Shown piece by piece: positions 63,675 through 64,000 of a stretch of 64,000 nucleotides of DNA; positions within the stretch are counted from its first letter, which is position 1, and each line of letters opens with the position of its first letter. Where the stretch lies: the sequence record MT708547.1. One strand, written 5' to 3'. The notes beneath the pieces are model-generated. The model ran no database searches. It was not told the DNA's origin and saw only the letters and a program-made list of their open reading frames with translations. Both the position numbers and the translations under genes were made by a program.

Positions 63675-64000
63675 TGCTATCGTTGAAAACATGAATGCAG
63701 AAATTGAAGAAGTACGTCAAAAATATGTAACTATATTTAATGATGATTTCAATATAGTATTACAAGCTATTAAAGACAAATATCCCGCACTCGAAGTTGT
63801 TTACATTCGTGCATGGACACCTCATTGGAACGACGGTGAAGAATGTAAACACAACATGTCTGTACACGTAGATAACAATGGTAAGTATACTGATATCGAA
63901 GAGTTTTTTGAATGTACTGAACGTAATTTTAATTGGGATGAAGCACCTGATTGTATTAAGAATGTCAACAAAGGCATAAGTACTAAAATGTCGAAAGAGA
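63664..64000 (+). CDS. Hypothetical protein, paralog of 63210 (runs off window)
   Basis: Read by hand from GTG 63664: ...KYPALEVVYIRAWTPHWNDGEECKH. Confidence 0.65.
   Translation, partial: MDINAIVENMNAEIEEVRQKYVTIFNDDFNIVLQAIKDKYPALEVVYIRAWTPHWNDGEECKHNMSVHVDNNGKYTDIEEFFECTERNFNWDEAPDCIKNVNKGISTKMSKE

Noticed and set aside
512-63720. Many 60-175-aa ORFs antisense to or nested in long genes (e.g. 14135-14494, 19162-19530, 57147-57677, 41618-41800)
   Set aside because: Shadow frames of real genes or pseudogenes: no SD, no motifs, opposite to the local transcription direction
1-64000. tRNA, rRNA or CRISPR array
   Set aside because: No T-loop GTTCRA cloverleaf or regularly spaced direct repeats seen by eye; AGTACT sites are irregularly spaced with unrelated flanks; tRNAscan was not run

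Overview
AT-rich (about 30% GC by eye) segment of a large lytic T4-like jumbo myophage. The branched receptor-binding-protein (RBP) locus points to a Klebsiella RaK2/K64-1-like phage (inference, no search run). 1-35.7 kb is a + strand early/middle region with RNA repair genes (Rnl1, PseT), a phosphatase, a Pth2-like protein, DNA ligase, two ClpP-fold proteases, two deaminases, an NAD+ island (NMNAT-Nudix, Nampt, Sir2, NUDT16-like Nudix), PIN-PhoH, MazG-like and nrdD-grcA-nrdG. 35.7-60 kb is a late tail-spike/fibre locus with 8 intact RBP genes, at least 2 (probably 3) decayed RBP slots and captured lysis-gene debris. 60-64 kb returns to early genes, including an RlaP-like nucleotidyltransferase. 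The main signals not explained by the gene list: (1) the palindrome AGTACT is about 7-fold over-represented (hand tally about 150 versus about 22 expected) and drops out in the swapped tail-spike domains; (2) both NAD-salvage genes share a covarying twin-hairpin leader; (3) a 119-nt three-way-junction RNA candidate lies at 30873-30991; (4) a strongly promoted Lys-rich protein is bracketed by GTAC-containing palindromes; (5) the ORF track misses a lysozyme/tail-spike chimeric pseudogene and a collapsed RBP pseudogene. No tRNA, rRNA or CRISPR array was seen.
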